A DNA stretch of 59,583 nucleotides from an uncultured Bacteroidales bacterium (GCA_949297975.1 CASFUX010000134.1:1-59583); one strand, 5' to 3'; shown: positions 27,418 through 37,717, numbered from the stretch's first letter. Program-made: numbers and translations. Notes: generated from the letters alone by a model not told the origin.

Positions 27418-30225
27418 TTAGTACCACACCACCGGGTTGGAACTGTACCGACTTTGCTTTTCGTATTTCAAGTCTTGTAGCATACTGGCATTTACGCCGA
27501 TGCGGAAGTTATATGACTTGTAGTAGCCAAAGGGAACGAAGTTGGCGGTCATGGTCCAGCAGTGCAGGTTGCGGGTCACGTTGACGTTCATTTGGGTGAA
27601 CTTTTTCGCCTCGAAGTCAAACGACGTGTTTCCCGATATGCTCCAGTTGCTGGTCAGGTTCAGGTTGGCCGACAGTTGCAGCGAGTGCGAGAAACGCATC
27701 TTGTAGCGCATTTTGTCGTAGTTGAATTCATTGGACGGGCGGTAGTTCACCGAATAGCTGATGTTGATGTTCCAAGGCATGTTCAACTTCTCGTACCCTT
27801 CGGCATCCATTTCTGCCCGTTCTTTTTTCCTAACCCGGCTGCTGGTGCTTTGTTCTTCCTCGGCGGAGGCATTTTCTCCGTTTTCTTGATCGGGGTTTTC
27901 GCCTATCTTGTCCGGGTCTTCGCCACGCAGGCGGGCTGCCAGTTTTTTGAAAGTGTCATTGTTCAGCGTCAGCGTGTATGACGCGCTTGTGCCGAGGAAG
28001 TGCGGGAACATGCCGTGTTGCCACGTGAAGTCGCCACTCTTGTAGGGCCGACCGTTGCTGTCCAGCTTGTACATGTAGGGGTCGAAGCTGCCGCTGAGGT
28101 TGAGCGTCTTGTTCTTGCCCAGCTTTAGACGCAGGTTGGCACTGATGGTGGACAGGTTCATGGAGTCGGCCATCAGGTTGTAGCTGCCGTTGATGGAGAA
28201 GTTGTCGATGAGGCTTATTTTTTTGAATGGTTCCTTGCCCGTGGTGTCGTTGTCGTTGCGCACTTTCATTTCCAAGTTGTTGGCTAACGAGAAAGTGATG
28301 CTTCCCGACTCACCCGCGCTGGGACCGCCGTACATGGTGCCGTCGTATTTGGAATAACGCACCTCGCGGTAACCGGGATATTGGCCCAGCGGGTCAGGTT
28401 CGATGTACGATTCGTAGAAACCCCACATCGGGTTGGAAAAGTCCGGATGGTAGGAAAATCCGATGCTGGGGGTCATCACGTGGCGGATGCGGTCGATTTT
28501 GTCACCGAACCATTTGCGGAACGGGATGTAGTAGCCGTAGAGTTTGGTCTGCGCCGAGATGCTCCCGCTGAAGTCGTAGTTGCGGTTGAAGCCGTACACG
28601 GTGTCGGTCACCACCTGGTTGAGTTGGTCGTCCCAATGCTTGCGGTACGAACTGGTGTGCCAGCGTTCGTTGTAGGTGAAGCTGGGGGTCACGGTGATGT
28701 AGTTGAACAGGTTGAACGAGGCCGAGATGGGAATGGAGTGCCTCATGCCGTTCTTCCAGTCGCGGGCGAAGGAGGACTTGAACAGCAGGTTTTCCTTCGT
28801 CTGGATGCTGTTGGCCAGCGTACCGCTGTAGCTCATGGATATTTTTTCATACCAACGTTCTTTGCCCACGGGGTTCTTGCGCTTGAGCGGGTAGATGCGG
28901 CTCACGGCGATGGAGAGGTTGGGCAGCGACAGGTTGATGGTGGAGTCGCTGGTACGCTGCGTCAGCTGCATCCCCCCCGAGATGGACAGGGCGGGAATGC
29001 GAGCGAAACGTTGCGTGAACGTGATGCTCGAACTTTTGGTGTTCTGCGAGTTGACCGCCGGGTCGTAATAGGCGTTGATGTTGTTGCGGTTGTAGGCGGC
29101 GGTGGAGAAGTTGACGCTGGCCGACAGGGTGCGGTACGGGTTGGCCTTGGCATCCTGGCGGTGCGACCAGCTCACGCGGAAACTCTTGGCTTTCTGATAA
29201 TCGGGCATGTCCTTTTCACCTGTCACGTCTTCGCGGTAGTTGATGTTGACGTTGCCGCTGAACTTGTATTTCTTGATGTAGCCCGTGTTGGCCGTGATGC
29301 CCCAAGTACCTTTGGTATACACCTCGCCGCGCAGTTCTAAGTCGAAGTAATCGTTGAAGGCGAAGTAGTAGCCCCCGTTTACTAACCCCATGCCTCGGGT
29401 CAATTCGTCGGCGAAGGTGGGCATTAGCAAGCCCGACGAATATTGGTCAGTGAAAGGGAAAAAGCCGAAAGGGATGACCACCGGCAGCGGCACATCGGCT
29501 ACCACCAGGTTGGCAGGCCCGGATACGATGTGTTTGCCAGGCTCCACTTTCCCTTTCTTGATGTTGAGGTAAAAGTGAGGGTGGTCGTGGTCGTCGCAGG
29601 TGGTGTATTTGGCTCCGGCCACGGCCAGCATGTTGTCATTGCCAACCTTTTTCGTGTTCTCGCTCACGATGTAGCCCTCGCCCTGTTGCGTCACTGCATT
29701 TTTCACGAAGCCTTTGCCTGACTGTAGGTTGTAGGTGATTTCTTTCGAATTGTATTCCGACTCGCCTTCGCCGAATATTGGGTCGCCCACCGGGTCACCG
29801 ATGCTGTCCACCGTGCCTTTGGCATACAGCAGGCTGCTGTCCATCTTCACGCGGATATATTCGGCCTTCAGGGTGATGTTCTTGTACTTCACATCGCCCT
29901 CGCCGTGCAGGAAGCCCGTGCCGTTGCTCCAGAACACGATAGAGTCCTGGGCGGCATATTCTATCTTGGCATCCAGCGGGTTCGATTTCTTTTTGGGGGA
30001 GAGAGTGTCGGCAGGCAGCGGGGCAAGGGTCGTGTCGGACGCAGACAGTTCAGGGGCGGGCATCGTATCCGTGCTGTCTTGCGGCAGGCTCACCGCAAGC
30101 GTATCGGCTGGTAGCCTTGTGTCCGGCGACTGTCCGAAGCCGAGCAGGCACGGGGCGGACAGCAACAGCAATGCAAGCAGCAGTCTGCTGACGTTACAAG
30201 GATATAATCGGTTACGAACTTGCAT
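27418..30225 (-). CDS. lptD: Putative LPS assembly protein LptD (Bacteroidetes type); start uncertain (30318 or 30225)
   Basis: YAAQDSI, V.Y.NI.LKA.YI, YTTCD.HDHPHF, GYYFAFNDY, RNLHCW, C-terminal LQDLKYEK; TACCTTTG box at 30373-30380 (minus). Confidence 0.85.
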   Translation of the reverse strand: MQVRNRLYPCNVSRLLLALLLLSAPCLLGFGQSPDTRLPADTLAVSLPQDSTDTMPAPELSASDTTLAPLPADTLSPKKKSNPLDAKIEYAAQDSIVFWSNGTGFLHGEGDVKYKNITLKAEYIRVKMDSSLLYAKGTVDSIGDPVGDPIFGEGESEYNSKEITYNLQSGKGFVKNAVTQQGEGYIVSENTKKVGNDNMLAVAGAKYTTCDDHDHPHFYLNIKKGKVEPGKHIVSGPANLVVADVPLPVVIPFGFFPFTDQYSSGLLMPTFADELTRGMGLVNGGYYFAFNDYFDLELRGEVYTKGTWGITANTGYIKKYKFSGNVNINYREDVTGEKDMPDYQKAKSFRVSWSHRQDAKANPYRTLSASVNFSTAAYNRNNINAYYDPAVNSQNTKSSSITFTQRFARIPALSISGGMQLTQRTSDSTINLSLPNLSIAVSRIYPLKRKNPVGKERWYEKISMSYSGTLANSIQTKENLLFKSSFARDWKNGMRHSIPISASFNLFNYITVTPSFTYNERWHTSSYRKHWDDQLNQVVTDTVYGFNRNYDFSGSISAQTKLYGYYIPFRKWFGDKIDRIRHVMTPSIGFSYHPDFSNPMWGFYESYIEPDPLGQYPGYREVRYSKYDGTMYGGPSAGESGSITFSLANNLEMKVRNDNDTTGKEPFKKISLIDNFSINGSYNLMADSMNLSTISANLRLKLGKNKTLNLSGSFDPYMYKLDSNGRPYKSGDFTWQHGMFPHFLGTSASYTLTLNNDTFKKLAARLRGEDPDKIGENPDQENGENASAEEEQSTSSRVRKKERAEMDAEGYEKLNMPWNINISYSVNYRPSNEFNYDKMRYKMRFSHSLQLSANLNLTSNWSISGNTSFDFEAKKFTQMNVNVTRNLHCWTMTANFVPFGYYKSYNFRIGVNASMLQDLKYEKQSRYSSNPVVWY

Positions 30226-30563
30226 CCAGCCGGAAACTCTTTTTTCTGTTTTGATGTTGAAATGAGGGCGTGTCAAAAAACCGAACCTCCTGTTGGCACA
30301 AACAGGCCGTGCGGACACACGTTACCCCTTCCACCGGCGCATGTGCCCGTGTCAGTGCTCGTTTCCGCGGGGCAAAGGTAGTGAAAAAAAAGGTGGTACT
30401 TCAGCCTATAAGCATTTTTTACATTTACTTCGGTAAAGTCGGCAGTATAGTCTATGGTGCTGCATAAAATCCTTTGCACATAAAATCCCCTTTTTTGTGG
30501 TAAAAAACACCCTGCTGATAAAGATACACTTGCACTGAAAGAGATCGGTAAAGAACGTTTTGC

Positions 30564-31106
30564 CTATTCATAAATCATCTTCTCCTTTAGGAATAAACTT
30601 ATGGAGCTATCAGTGTTGAAAATGAACAGATACCTGTTTGCTAAAGTAAACATTGATAATTTGTCATAAGACATCGAAAGGCAATCTGTTCCCTCGGCAC
30701 CAACGATAAATGTATTTGTGCAGGGAAGTAATTCTGCAAGTAAAATATTATCTTCCACCTGCGAAAAAAACAAAATGTGAGTCGCTGACGTTGTGCTGTG
30801 TTCTTTTGTACAAAGTGCGTCCAAGCATGAGCAATAATAAGGTTCGGTCCAAACATATTTTTTATTTTCACGAAAAGTGTTTAGCTGCCTTTTGGCTATA
30901 GGATACTTTTCTAATTCGGGAGAAATCCAATATCGGTCTAAATCGACAATAGAATCGCTTACGGCTATAATTTTGATTTTGTTTTCCCTAAGTTTGACAA
31001 TGTGATTGTACGCTTCAAAGTAAAGAAAGAAATCTTTTTCGCAATTTATTTGCCCGGCAGAAGTAAGGCAGACAAAGCAAAAAGCAAGATGTATTGCTCT
31101 CTTCAT
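30564..31106 (-). CDS. AT-rich hypothetical secreted protein
   Basis: About 180-aa ORF with signal-peptide-like N-terminus; AT-rich codon usage unlike its neighbours. Confidence 0.6.
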   Translation of the reverse strand: MKRAIHLAFCFVCLTSAGQINCEKDFFLYFEAYNHIVKLRENKIKIIAVSDSIVDLDRYWISPELEKYPIAKRQLNTFRENKKYVWTEPYYCSCLDALCTKEHSTTSATHILFFSQVEDNILLAELLPCTNTFIVGAEGTDCLSMSYDKLSMFTLANRYLFIFNTDSSISLFLKEKMIYE

Positions 31107-31161
31107 AATCAAAACTGTATGAAATTAAGTTCTGTTCCGGTATCAACACTCATATTAAACT

Positions 31162-31665
31162 CTAAAATTCTACTTCTCCTTTTGGATTGCGTAATACCTT
31201 AAGAGAATGGTCACGGTACTTGATAACCCAACAAGGTGTATCATCCTCCCTTATTGTGAAATTACCAATTTTCCATTCCGTATATGAAAAACTTTTTTTT
31301 ACATCTTTGACTTTAAGGAAAGCTGGTAACTCGTTGTGGACGAAAACCAAATATTGTTTCAAGGGGAAAAAACCAATAAGATCTTCGGATTTATATGGAT
31401 AATTACTTAAGCGAAATTCTAATAGCTGGCAACTTGTATCTGATTCAACATATAAATGAAAATAACGGTAGTACTCAAATTCATCTGAGAATTCTTTTTG
31501 TGAACCCAATAGAGCACGTTCCAATTTTTGTTGGATGGTTTTATCCTCAAATGTTAGTTGATTTACTTCGTGAGTCACATTTATCCATGTGTCCAGTTCT
31601 CTTTGTTGACCTACCACGGCATTTATATATAAGCAATATAGTCCTATGAAAAAGAATTTATACAT
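31162..31665 (-). CDS. AT-rich hypothetical secreted protein
   Basis: 167-aa ORF with hydrophobic N-terminus; AT-rich; downstream of a consensus promoter. Confidence 0.65.
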   Translation of the reverse strand: MYKFFFIGLYCLYINAVVGQQRELDTWINVTHEVNQLTFEDKTIQQKLERALLGSQKEFSDEFEYYRYFHLYVESDTSCQLLEFRLSNYPYKSEDLIGFFPLKQYLVFVHNELPAFLKVKDVKKSFSYTEWKIGNFTIREDDTPCWVIKYRDHSLKVLRNPKGEVEF

Positions 31666-31783
31666 AAGCCAACTTTTTAAAAGAGTTCAACAGCAAAAAG
31701 CACTATGAAAATAGCTTCCAGACAGAACCTTTGCACCTATAGGCAAAGCTATGCATGACAGGTTGTGTTTGGTTTCAACGCCT

Positions 31784-31815
31784 CAAATGTAAGAAAAAGA
31801 ATCTGAAACCGCAAA
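31784..31815 (-). promoter_or_regulatory. Sigma-A promoter TTTG-N20-TACATTTG for the AT-rich gene pair
   Basis: Plus strand CAAATGTA 31784-31791 and CAAA 31812-31815. Confidence 0.6.
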
Positions 31816-31834
31816 GCTTGTAGTAAGGGTGTTT

Positions 31835-32022
31835 CAGCTACGAGCTACAAGTGCGGATGCGTGGGGGCAGGTCAACGGCCTTGGGGGCATTCAGCGTAGG
31901 GCAACGCCCTACGATACGTAGGAACGGAAAATGCTCCTCCCTTATCTTATCTGCGGGAAAAAGGTAAGAAAATGGGCAAAAGAAGCATTTGCGTTTTTTG
32001 CGTCAGTCGCGTTCCTCCAATT
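31835..32022 (+). repeat. Composite repeat (AGCTAC heptamers, REP GTAGGGCAACGCCCTAC at 31896-31912, ATCTGCGGG..TAAGAAAATG, ATTTGCGTTTTTTGCGTCA module)
   Basis: Collinear with the reverse complement of 56566-56823. Confidence 0.8.
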
Positions 32023-32057
32023 CGTATTATCTTATGTTACCTGCGTGTTACTCCTTT

Positions 32058-33203
32058 TTAACGCTTACGCCGGTCGGCACGCAGATAGGCCACTATCTTG
32101 CGGGCGGCGTTGGCGGCGGCACCGGGCTTGCCCAATGTCTTACGCACCCGGGCGTAACCGTCGAGCATGGCATCGCGGTAAGCCTCGTTGCGCAATAGCA
32201 GTTCTAACTCGAACGTGGTATTGGCCTCTGTGAAGCGGTGTGCCACCAGTTCCTTCACTACTTCGCGCCCGGCGATGAGATTAACCAGCGAGACGTATTT
32301 CACCCGTATCACCATCTTCTTGAGCAACGAGGCCAGCCGTCCGAAGGCCACGTGGTACACCACCACTTGGGGCGTACCGATGAGTGCCGTCTCCAACGTG
32401 GCCGTGCCTGAGTTGACTACGGCGGCCGAAGCTTGTTGCAGCAGGTCGTAAGTCTGGCCGAACACTACCGGCACCGTCCGGCCGCCCATGACCTGCGCAT
32501 AAAACTCCATTTCCACGCCCGGCGCACCCGCCACCACCATCTGGTAATCGGTGAACCGTTCCGCCGAGGCGCACATGGTGGGCAGACAAGCCACTATCTC
32601 CTGCTTGCGACTGCCCGCCAACAGGGCAATGACGGGCTTGACGGGCAGGCCGTTGGCCAGACAGAAACCTTCCAAGTTTTGTTCCGGATGCGGACGGGCA
32701 GCCACCGAGTCCACCGAAGGGTTGCCCACATATTCCACGGCATAGCGGTGGCGGGCATAAAAGTCTGTTTCAAACGGCAGGATGGTGAACATGCGGTCCA
32801 CATAACGGCGGATGGTGCGCACGCGGAACTGTTTCCATGCCCATACCTTGGGCGAGATGTAATAGTACACCAGCGTGCCGAGCCGCTCCTTGGCATAACG
32901 CGCCATGCGCAGGTTGAAACTGGGGTAATCCACCAATATCAGCACATCGGGGGCGAAGTCGGTCATGGCCTGGCGACAGGCCCGCATGTTCGCCTTGATG
33001 GTTCCGGCGTGCCGCACCACCGCAATGAAGCCCATGAAAGCCATGTCGCGGTAATGGCGCACCATCGTGCCTCCTTCGGCTGCCATGAGGTCGCCGCCCA
33101 GGAAGCAGAACGATGCATGCTTGTCCCGTCGCTTGATTTCGCGCATCAGGTTGGATGCGTGCAAGTCGCCCGAAGCCTCTCCGGCAATGATGAAGTATTT
33201 CAT
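32058..33203 (-). CDS. lpxB: Lipid-A-disaccharide synthase
   Basis: MKYFIIAGEASGDLHA, VDYPSFN, YYISPKVWAWK, ILPFE, GSRKQE, SGTATLE. Confidence 0.97.
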   Translation of the reverse strand: MKYFIIAGEASGDLHASNLMREIKRRDKHASFCFLGGDLMAAEGGTMVRHYRDMAFMGFIAVVRHAGTIKANMRACRQAMTDFAPDVLILVDYPSFNLRMARYAKERLGTLVYYYISPKVWAWKQFRVRTIRRYVDRMFTILPFETDFYARHRYAVEYVGNPSVDSVAARPHPEQNLEGFCLANGLPVKPVIALLAGSRKQEIVACLPTMCASAERFTDYQMVVAGAPGVEMEFYAQVMGGRTVPVVFGQTYDLLQQASAAVVNSGTATLETALIGTPQVVVYHVAFGRLASLLKKMVIRVKYVSLVNLIAGREVVKELVAHRFTEANTTFELELLLRNEAYRDAMLDGYARVRKTLGKPGAAANAARKIVAYLRADRRKR

Positions 33204-33217
33204 TTTTTTAGTTATTA

Positions 33218-33326
33218 GTTACAGAGTTACAAGCTACGAGCTACAAGTGCCATGCGGTTGGGAGGCTATCCGTTACTCGCTACTCGCTATCCGCTACCCG
33301 TACTTGTAGCTCGTAGCTTGTAGCTA
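33218..33326. repeat. Inverted heptamer arms (AGCTACR)n ... (YGTAGCT)n with a second heptamer family (CTAYYCG)n in the loop
   Basis: agttaca agctacg agctaca agt ... acttgtagctcgtagcttgtagct. Confidence 0.85.
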
Positions 33327-33608
33327 CTAAATCACTCCCAGCAGCAGGAACGGCAGCATACCCAGCAGCACTCCTGCCCCGAAGCGGAAACGGTCCAGTT
33401 TGTACAACACGAACGTGAGCACCAGGTCGGGTAGGAGGCCCAACAACATCAGCTTGCTGAACAGGGCACTGCCCCACAGCCCCGCTACAGCAGCGGCCAG
33501 TCCTTCCCCGCCCGGGTAAAACCGCCACAGGTACACGGCCACGAAGACCACGGGCAACACCAGCCCGCATGTCACACCAAGCAGCAACTGAGCAAGGTTT
33601 GAGTTCAT
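33327..33608 (-). CDS. Small membrane protein between surE and lpxB
   Basis: 93 aa, three hydrophobic segments; co-oriented with surE and lpxB. Confidence 0.7.
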   Translation of the reverse strand: MNSNLAQLLLGVTCGLVLPVVFVAVYLWRFYPGGEGLAAAVAGLWGSALFSKLMLLGLLPDLVLTFVLYKLDRFRFGAGVLLGMLPFLLLGVI

Positions 33609-33677
33609 ATCGGGAGATTTCAGATTTCAGATTTCAAATTTCAAATTTCAGATTGGGGAGAATGCGAATACTTCCCG

Positions 33678-34442
33678 CTACAAGTTTTCCCATCCTTTCA
33701 TGCCCAGCAACGTTTCGTAGTCCGTCAAGTCGATACGGGTAGGCACGACGGACACATATCCTTGTGCCAATGCCCACTCGTCGGTGTCCGTGGCTTGCGG
33801 CTCGGAATTGACGAACTCGCCTGTCATCCAATAGTAATCGCGTCCGTAGGGGTCGGTGCGCCGTTCGAAGCCCTTGGTCCAATAACCATCGCTTTGGCGC
33901 ACCACGCGCACGCCCTGCAACGTGCCAGTGGGGGCGTTCACGTTGAGGCACACCCGGTGCGGCAATCCCTCGGCCAGCACCCGGCGGGCAATGGCCGACA
34001 CATAGGGGGCGAAGCGGGAGAAATCGGCATCGCGCCCGTGGTCGGTCAGCGAGAAGCCGATGGAAGGAATGCCGGCCTCGCATCCTTCGAACACGGCTCC
34101 CATCGTGCCCGAATAAATTACGTTGATGGCGGCGTTCGAGCCATGGTTGATGCCCGACACCAACAGGTCGGGCCGTCGCCCGGCGGGCAAGGCGGCTTCC
34201 AAGGCCATCTTTACGCAGTCGGTGGGCGTGCCCGTGCAGGCGTAGCGGGTGATGCGTCCCACGCTGTCCACTAGGCGGAAACGCAACGGTGAGGCTGACG
34301 TGATGGCGTTCGACTGTCCCGATTGCGGGGTCTCCGGTGCCATGACCACCACCTCGCCCAGTTCGGCCATCAGCCCGGCCAGCACCCCGAGGCCTTTCGC
34401 GTGGATGCCATCGTCATTGGTCACTAATATTAATGGAATCAT
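33678..34442 (-). CDS. surE: 5'/3'-nucleotidase SurE
   Basis: ILVTNDDG, GTPTDCV, SGINHGSN, YSGTMGA; start at MIPLIL. Confidence 0.95.
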   Translation of the reverse strand: MIPLILVTNDDGIHAKGLGVLAGLMAELGEVVVMAPETPQSGQSNAITSASPLRFRLVDSVGRITRYACTGTPTDCVKMALEAALPAGRRPDLLVSGINHGSNAAINVIYSGTMGAVFEGCEAGIPSIGFSLTDHGRDADFSRFAPYVSAIARRVLAEGLPHRVCLNVNAPTGTLQGVRVVRQSDGYWTKGFERRTDPYGRDYYWMTGEFVNSEPQATDTDEWALAQGYVSVVPTRIDLTDYETLLGMKGWENL

Positions 34443-34508
34443 GTATGTTGTGTTATCGTGTAACTGTGTAATCGGTAAATCGCAAACGTCCTCCTTTGGG
34501 CAGCTCTG

Positions 34509-34597
34509 ATGGACACATAGCACAGATAGTTGTTTTATTTCCGATAGGAAGCACACATAGCTTGTCCCGAAGTTCCGCATCGGGACGGCTCTGTGCG
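34509..34597 (-). repeat. GTCCCG-N-CGGGAC hairpin + AGCTATGTG..TTCCTATCGGA repeat family; other copies at about 40821-40913 and 47343-47423
   Basis: Manual alignment of the three copies. Confidence 0.7.
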
Positions 34598-34708
34598 CTC
34601 CCTCCCCGCAAGCCATACAGAATGAAAAACTTTGTACGACTCTGTGTTCATACGTTGCCAAGGCGGCCATCGCAAAGCTCCCCCTTGGGGGGAGTTGAGG
34701 GGGCAGCC

Positions 34709-35440
34709 CTATTTCCTTACCCTCCACACGGTTGCGCCGAGGAACAAGGCTGTCACCGCCACGAAATACGTCATGTTGCGCGAATCGAGTACGCCACGGC
34801 TCATGGATTTGTAGTGGGCATGGATGCCGAGGTTGTCCAAAAAGTACACGGTGGCTCCCCCCGAGAAGAAACGCCCCGTCACCTCGAAACCATAATAGAA
34901 AAAGAAGCAAAGCACCAGCGCAACGATGAAAGCCACCACCTGGTTGCGCGACAACGACGAGGCGAACGTGCCGATGGCCGCATATACTGCCGACAGGAAG
35001 AAAAGCCCGATGAATGCTCCCCAAAACGCCCCCGCGTCCACGTTGCCCACTGGCTCGGCCATGCACCACACCGACCCGTAATACACCACCGTGGGTATCA
35101 AGGCCAGGCACACCAGCATCCAGCCTGCTAAGTACTTGCCCAGCACGATGCGCGTGAGGCCGATAGGGCGGGTCGCCAGCAGTTCCCACGTGCCCGCCTG
35201 CCGTTCCTCGGCAAAGAGGCGCATCGTCACCGCCGGGCACAGGAAGAGGAACAGCCACGGAGCCAGGTAAAACAGCCCGTCCACGTTGGCATAACCGCTG
35301 TCCAGCACGTTGTACTCACCCGGCACCACCCACAGCAGCAGCCCGGTGAGCAACAGGAATAACCCGATGACGATATAGCCCGTGGCATTGCTGAAAAACG
35401 TGCGCAACTCTTTCTTGAAGATGGAATACATAACACTCAC
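34709..35440 (-). CDS. gldF: ABC-2 transporter permease, GldF-like
   Basis: IFKKELRTFF...GY, PW.F.FL.PAVTMR.FAEE...GT.ELL.TRP, IVLGKY, NQVVAFI, HY.SMSRGVLDSR. Confidence 0.8.
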   Translation of the reverse strand: MSVMYSIFKKELRTFFSNATGYIVIGLFLLLTGLLLWVVPGEYNVLDSGYANVDGLFYLAPWLFLFLCPAVTMRLFAEERQAGTWELLATRPIGLTRIVLGKYLAGWMLVCLALIPTVVYYGSVWCMAEPVGNVDAGAFWGAFIGLFFLSAVYAAIGTFASSLSRNQVVAFIVALVLCFFFYYGFEVTGRFFSGGATVYFLDNLGIHAHYKSMSRGVLDSRNMTYFVAVTALFLGATVWRVRK

Positions 35441-35545
35441 TCATTTTATCCCGCAGGGAAAGGCGGACAGCCCATGATTTTCCTTACATTTGATAACATA
35501 GGATGCGCCTCGACAAAGCCCAAAAAGCAAAGCCGAGCTTTGTTT

Positions 35546-35576
35546 TTTGCTTTGCGCTCGACTTTCACTATATTTG
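35546..35576 (+). promoter_or_regulatory. Sigma-A promoter TTTG-N19-TATATTTG facing the EEP gene; opposing TACCTTTG box (35627-35634, minus) facing gldF
   Basis: Exact consensus and spacing. Confidence 0.65.
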
Positions 35577-35730
35577 TCCGCCGAAAAGGCAAGACCTGCC
35601 AAGAGGCGCACCTGCCTTTGCGCAGTCAAAGGTAGGCAATTTTGCCGAATAAAGACAAACGCGCAAACTTTCTTTCTGAAAATTTGTTACTGATAAAGAC
35701 GGGAAAGACAACCAACAAAACCCAAAACAT

Positions 35731-36804
35731 ATGAGAAAAAAACTGACCCGGGTCGCAGCCGCCTTGCTGGCCATCCTGCTGGCAGCCTCGTGCGCTCCCA
35801 AGAGAACCGCCACCGCCCCCAGCGACGGTAAAGTGAACGTACAGCTAGCCTGCGTGGGGTTTTACAACTTGGAGAACCTGTTCGACACCATCGACCAACC
35901 CGATGTGAACGACCACGAATACACGCCCGACGGACCCAACAAATGGAACGGGCATAAATACCTGTCGAAACTCCATAACATGGCCTACGCCATCTCGCAA
36001 ATCGGGCTGGACCGCTCGCCCGTGGGCGCGGCCATCCTCGGTGTGTCCGAGGTGGAAAACCGGGGCGTGCTGGAAGACCTCGTGGCGCAGCCCGAACTGG
36101 CGGGACGCTCGTATGAAATCGTCCATTACGACAGTCCCGACCGCCGGGGCATCGATGTGGGATTGTTGTACAATCCACGCCTGTTCACTGTGTCCAACAG
36201 CGTGAAGCACCGCTTTTACATGCCCGAGCAGCCCGACTTCGTCACCCGCGACCAGCTCTTGGTGAGCGGCTACCTGCTGGGCGAGAAGATACACGTCATC
36301 GTCAACCACTGGCCGTCGCGCTACGGGGGCGAAGTGGCCTCGCGCCCCAACCGCATGGCCGCCGCCAGCCTCACCCAGTCCATCGTGGACTCCATCTACC
36401 GCGTGGAGCCGAAGGCCAAAATCATCATCATGGGCGACTTGAACGACGACCCCTACAATGCCAGCGTGGCGCAGGTGCTGCAAGCCCGCAAGACGCGCGA
36501 CGAAGTGCAGCCCGGTGGCTTGTACAACACCATGTGGCAGCTGTACGACAAAGGCATCGGGTCGCTGGCCTATCAGGGACAGTGGAACCTGTTCGACCAA
36601 ATCATCATCTCCTCCTACCTGCTCGATGCGCCCCGCACGGAGTGGCGTTACTGGCGGGCGGAAGTGTTCAACCGCTCCTTCCTCACCAACGAAGAAGGCC
36701 GTGACAAGGGCGTGCCCCTGCGCACTCACTCGCGCGGTGTGTGGCTCAACGGCTACAGCGACCACTTCCCCACCCTTATCTACCTGGTGAAGGAAGTGCA
36801 GTAG
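35731..36804 (+). CDS. Endonuclease/exonuclease/phosphatase family lipoprotein
   Basis: AASC lipobox; FYNLENLFD, EVEN, D.RGIDV, VNHWPSR, MGDLND, FDQII, GYSDHFP. Confidence 0.9.
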   Translation: MRKKLTRVAAALLAILLAASCAPKRTATAPSDGKVNVQLACVGFYNLENLFDTIDQPDVNDHEYTPDGPNKWNGHKYLSKLHNMAYAISQIGLDRSPVGAAILGVSEVENRGVLEDLVAQPELAGRSYEIVHYDSPDRRGIDVGLLYNPRLFTVSNSVKHRFYMPEQPDFVTRDQLLVSGYLLGEKIHVIVNHWPSRYGGEVASRPNRMAAASLTQSIVDSIYRVEPKAKIIIMGDLNDDPYNASVAQVLQARKTRDEVQPGGLYNTMWQLYDKGIGSLAYQGQWNLFDQIIISSYLLDAPRTEWRYWRAEVFNRSFLTNEEGRDKGVPLRTHSRGVWLNGYSDHFPTLIYLVKEVQ

Positions 36805-36819
36805 CCACGGATTATAATG

Positions 36820-36956
36820 GCACACGGAATACACGGATTTTACGGATTTGCACGGATTATTATAACAAAGGAAAGCACCGAGGACCGCCCCCCCCGGTGC
36901 TTTTTTGTATCATATAAATCTGTGTCAATCAGTAAATTCCATGTATTCCGTGTGCT
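36820..36956. repeat. CACGGAT 9-9-10 inverted arms enclosing a terminator hairpin (AAAGCACCG...CGGTGCTTTT, 36872-36906) between convergent genes
   Basis: cacggaata cacggattt tacggattt gcacggat ... atctgtgtc aatcagtaa attccatgt attccgtgtgc. Confidence 0.8.
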
Positions 36957-36975
36957 TCACCATCACATCCTGTCG

Positions 36976-37548
36976 CTATTTGTTGCGTATCAGATTCATG
37001 AATTCCTCGCGGGTCTTGGCCTGCTGGAACACGCCGGTGAAGTCCGAGGTCGTGGTCACGGAGTGCTGTTTCTCCACGCCGCGCATCTGCATGCACAGGT
37101 GTTGCGCCTCGATGATGACCATCACGCCCATGGGGTTGAGCGTGTGCTGGATGCACTCCTTGATTTGGGTGGTCATGCGCTCCTGCACTTGCAGACGGCG
37201 GGCAAACACGTCCACGATGCGGGCTATCTTGCTCAAGCCGGTGATTTTCTTGTTGGGGATGTAGCCCACGTGCGCCTTGCCGAAGAAGGGCAGCATGTGG
37301 TGCTCGCACATGGAGTAGAAGTCGATGTCCTTGACAATGACCATCTGCCGGTAATCTTCCGTGAACATGGCCGAGCGGAGTATCTCTTCTGGGTCTTGCG
37401 CATACCCCTGCGTGAGGAACTGCATGGCCTTGGCCACACGGTCGGGTGTCTTGAGCAGGCCCTCGCGGCCCGCATCCTCGCCCAGCAACTCGATTATCGC
37501 CTTGTAATGCGCGGCTAACTGCCGCGTCTTCTCTGCGTCAAATTCCAT
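36976..37548 (-). CDS. folE: GTP cyclohydrolase I
   Basis: [45 protein letters not shown]. Confidence 0.97.
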   Translation of the reverse strand: MEFDAEKTRQLAAHYKAIIELLGEDAGREGLLKTPDRVAKAMQFLTQGYAQDPEEILRSAMFTEDYRQMVIVKDIDFYSMCEHHMLPFFGKAHVGYIPNKKITGLSKIARIVDVFARRLQVQERMTTQIKECIQHTLNPMGVMVIIEAQHLCMQMRGVEKQHSVTTTSDFTGVFQQAKTREEFMNLIRNK

Positions 37549-37717
37549 TTCTTTTCTTGTTACGTGAATGTCCGCTTGCCAACACAAAAACACAATAGAC
37601 ACAACTCCTTGGTCTATTGTGCCTATTGTGTTTATCATTTGGCGCAATGCGGATATTCTTTTCTTGTTAACCGCGTATCGGTTTCACGATGTCACAAATC
37701 CACGTTTCCACGCTTTT

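Noticed and set aside
33678-35258. 526-aa ORF as a SurE fusion protein
   Set aside because: The upstream part is an alternative frame of gldF plus intergenic repeats; SurE motifs begin at ATG 34442.
37549-37717. Riboswitch upstream of folE
   Set aside because: Only an AACACAATAGACACAA...TTGTGCCTATTGTGTT hairpin resembling the other repeat arms; no recognisable aptamer consensus.
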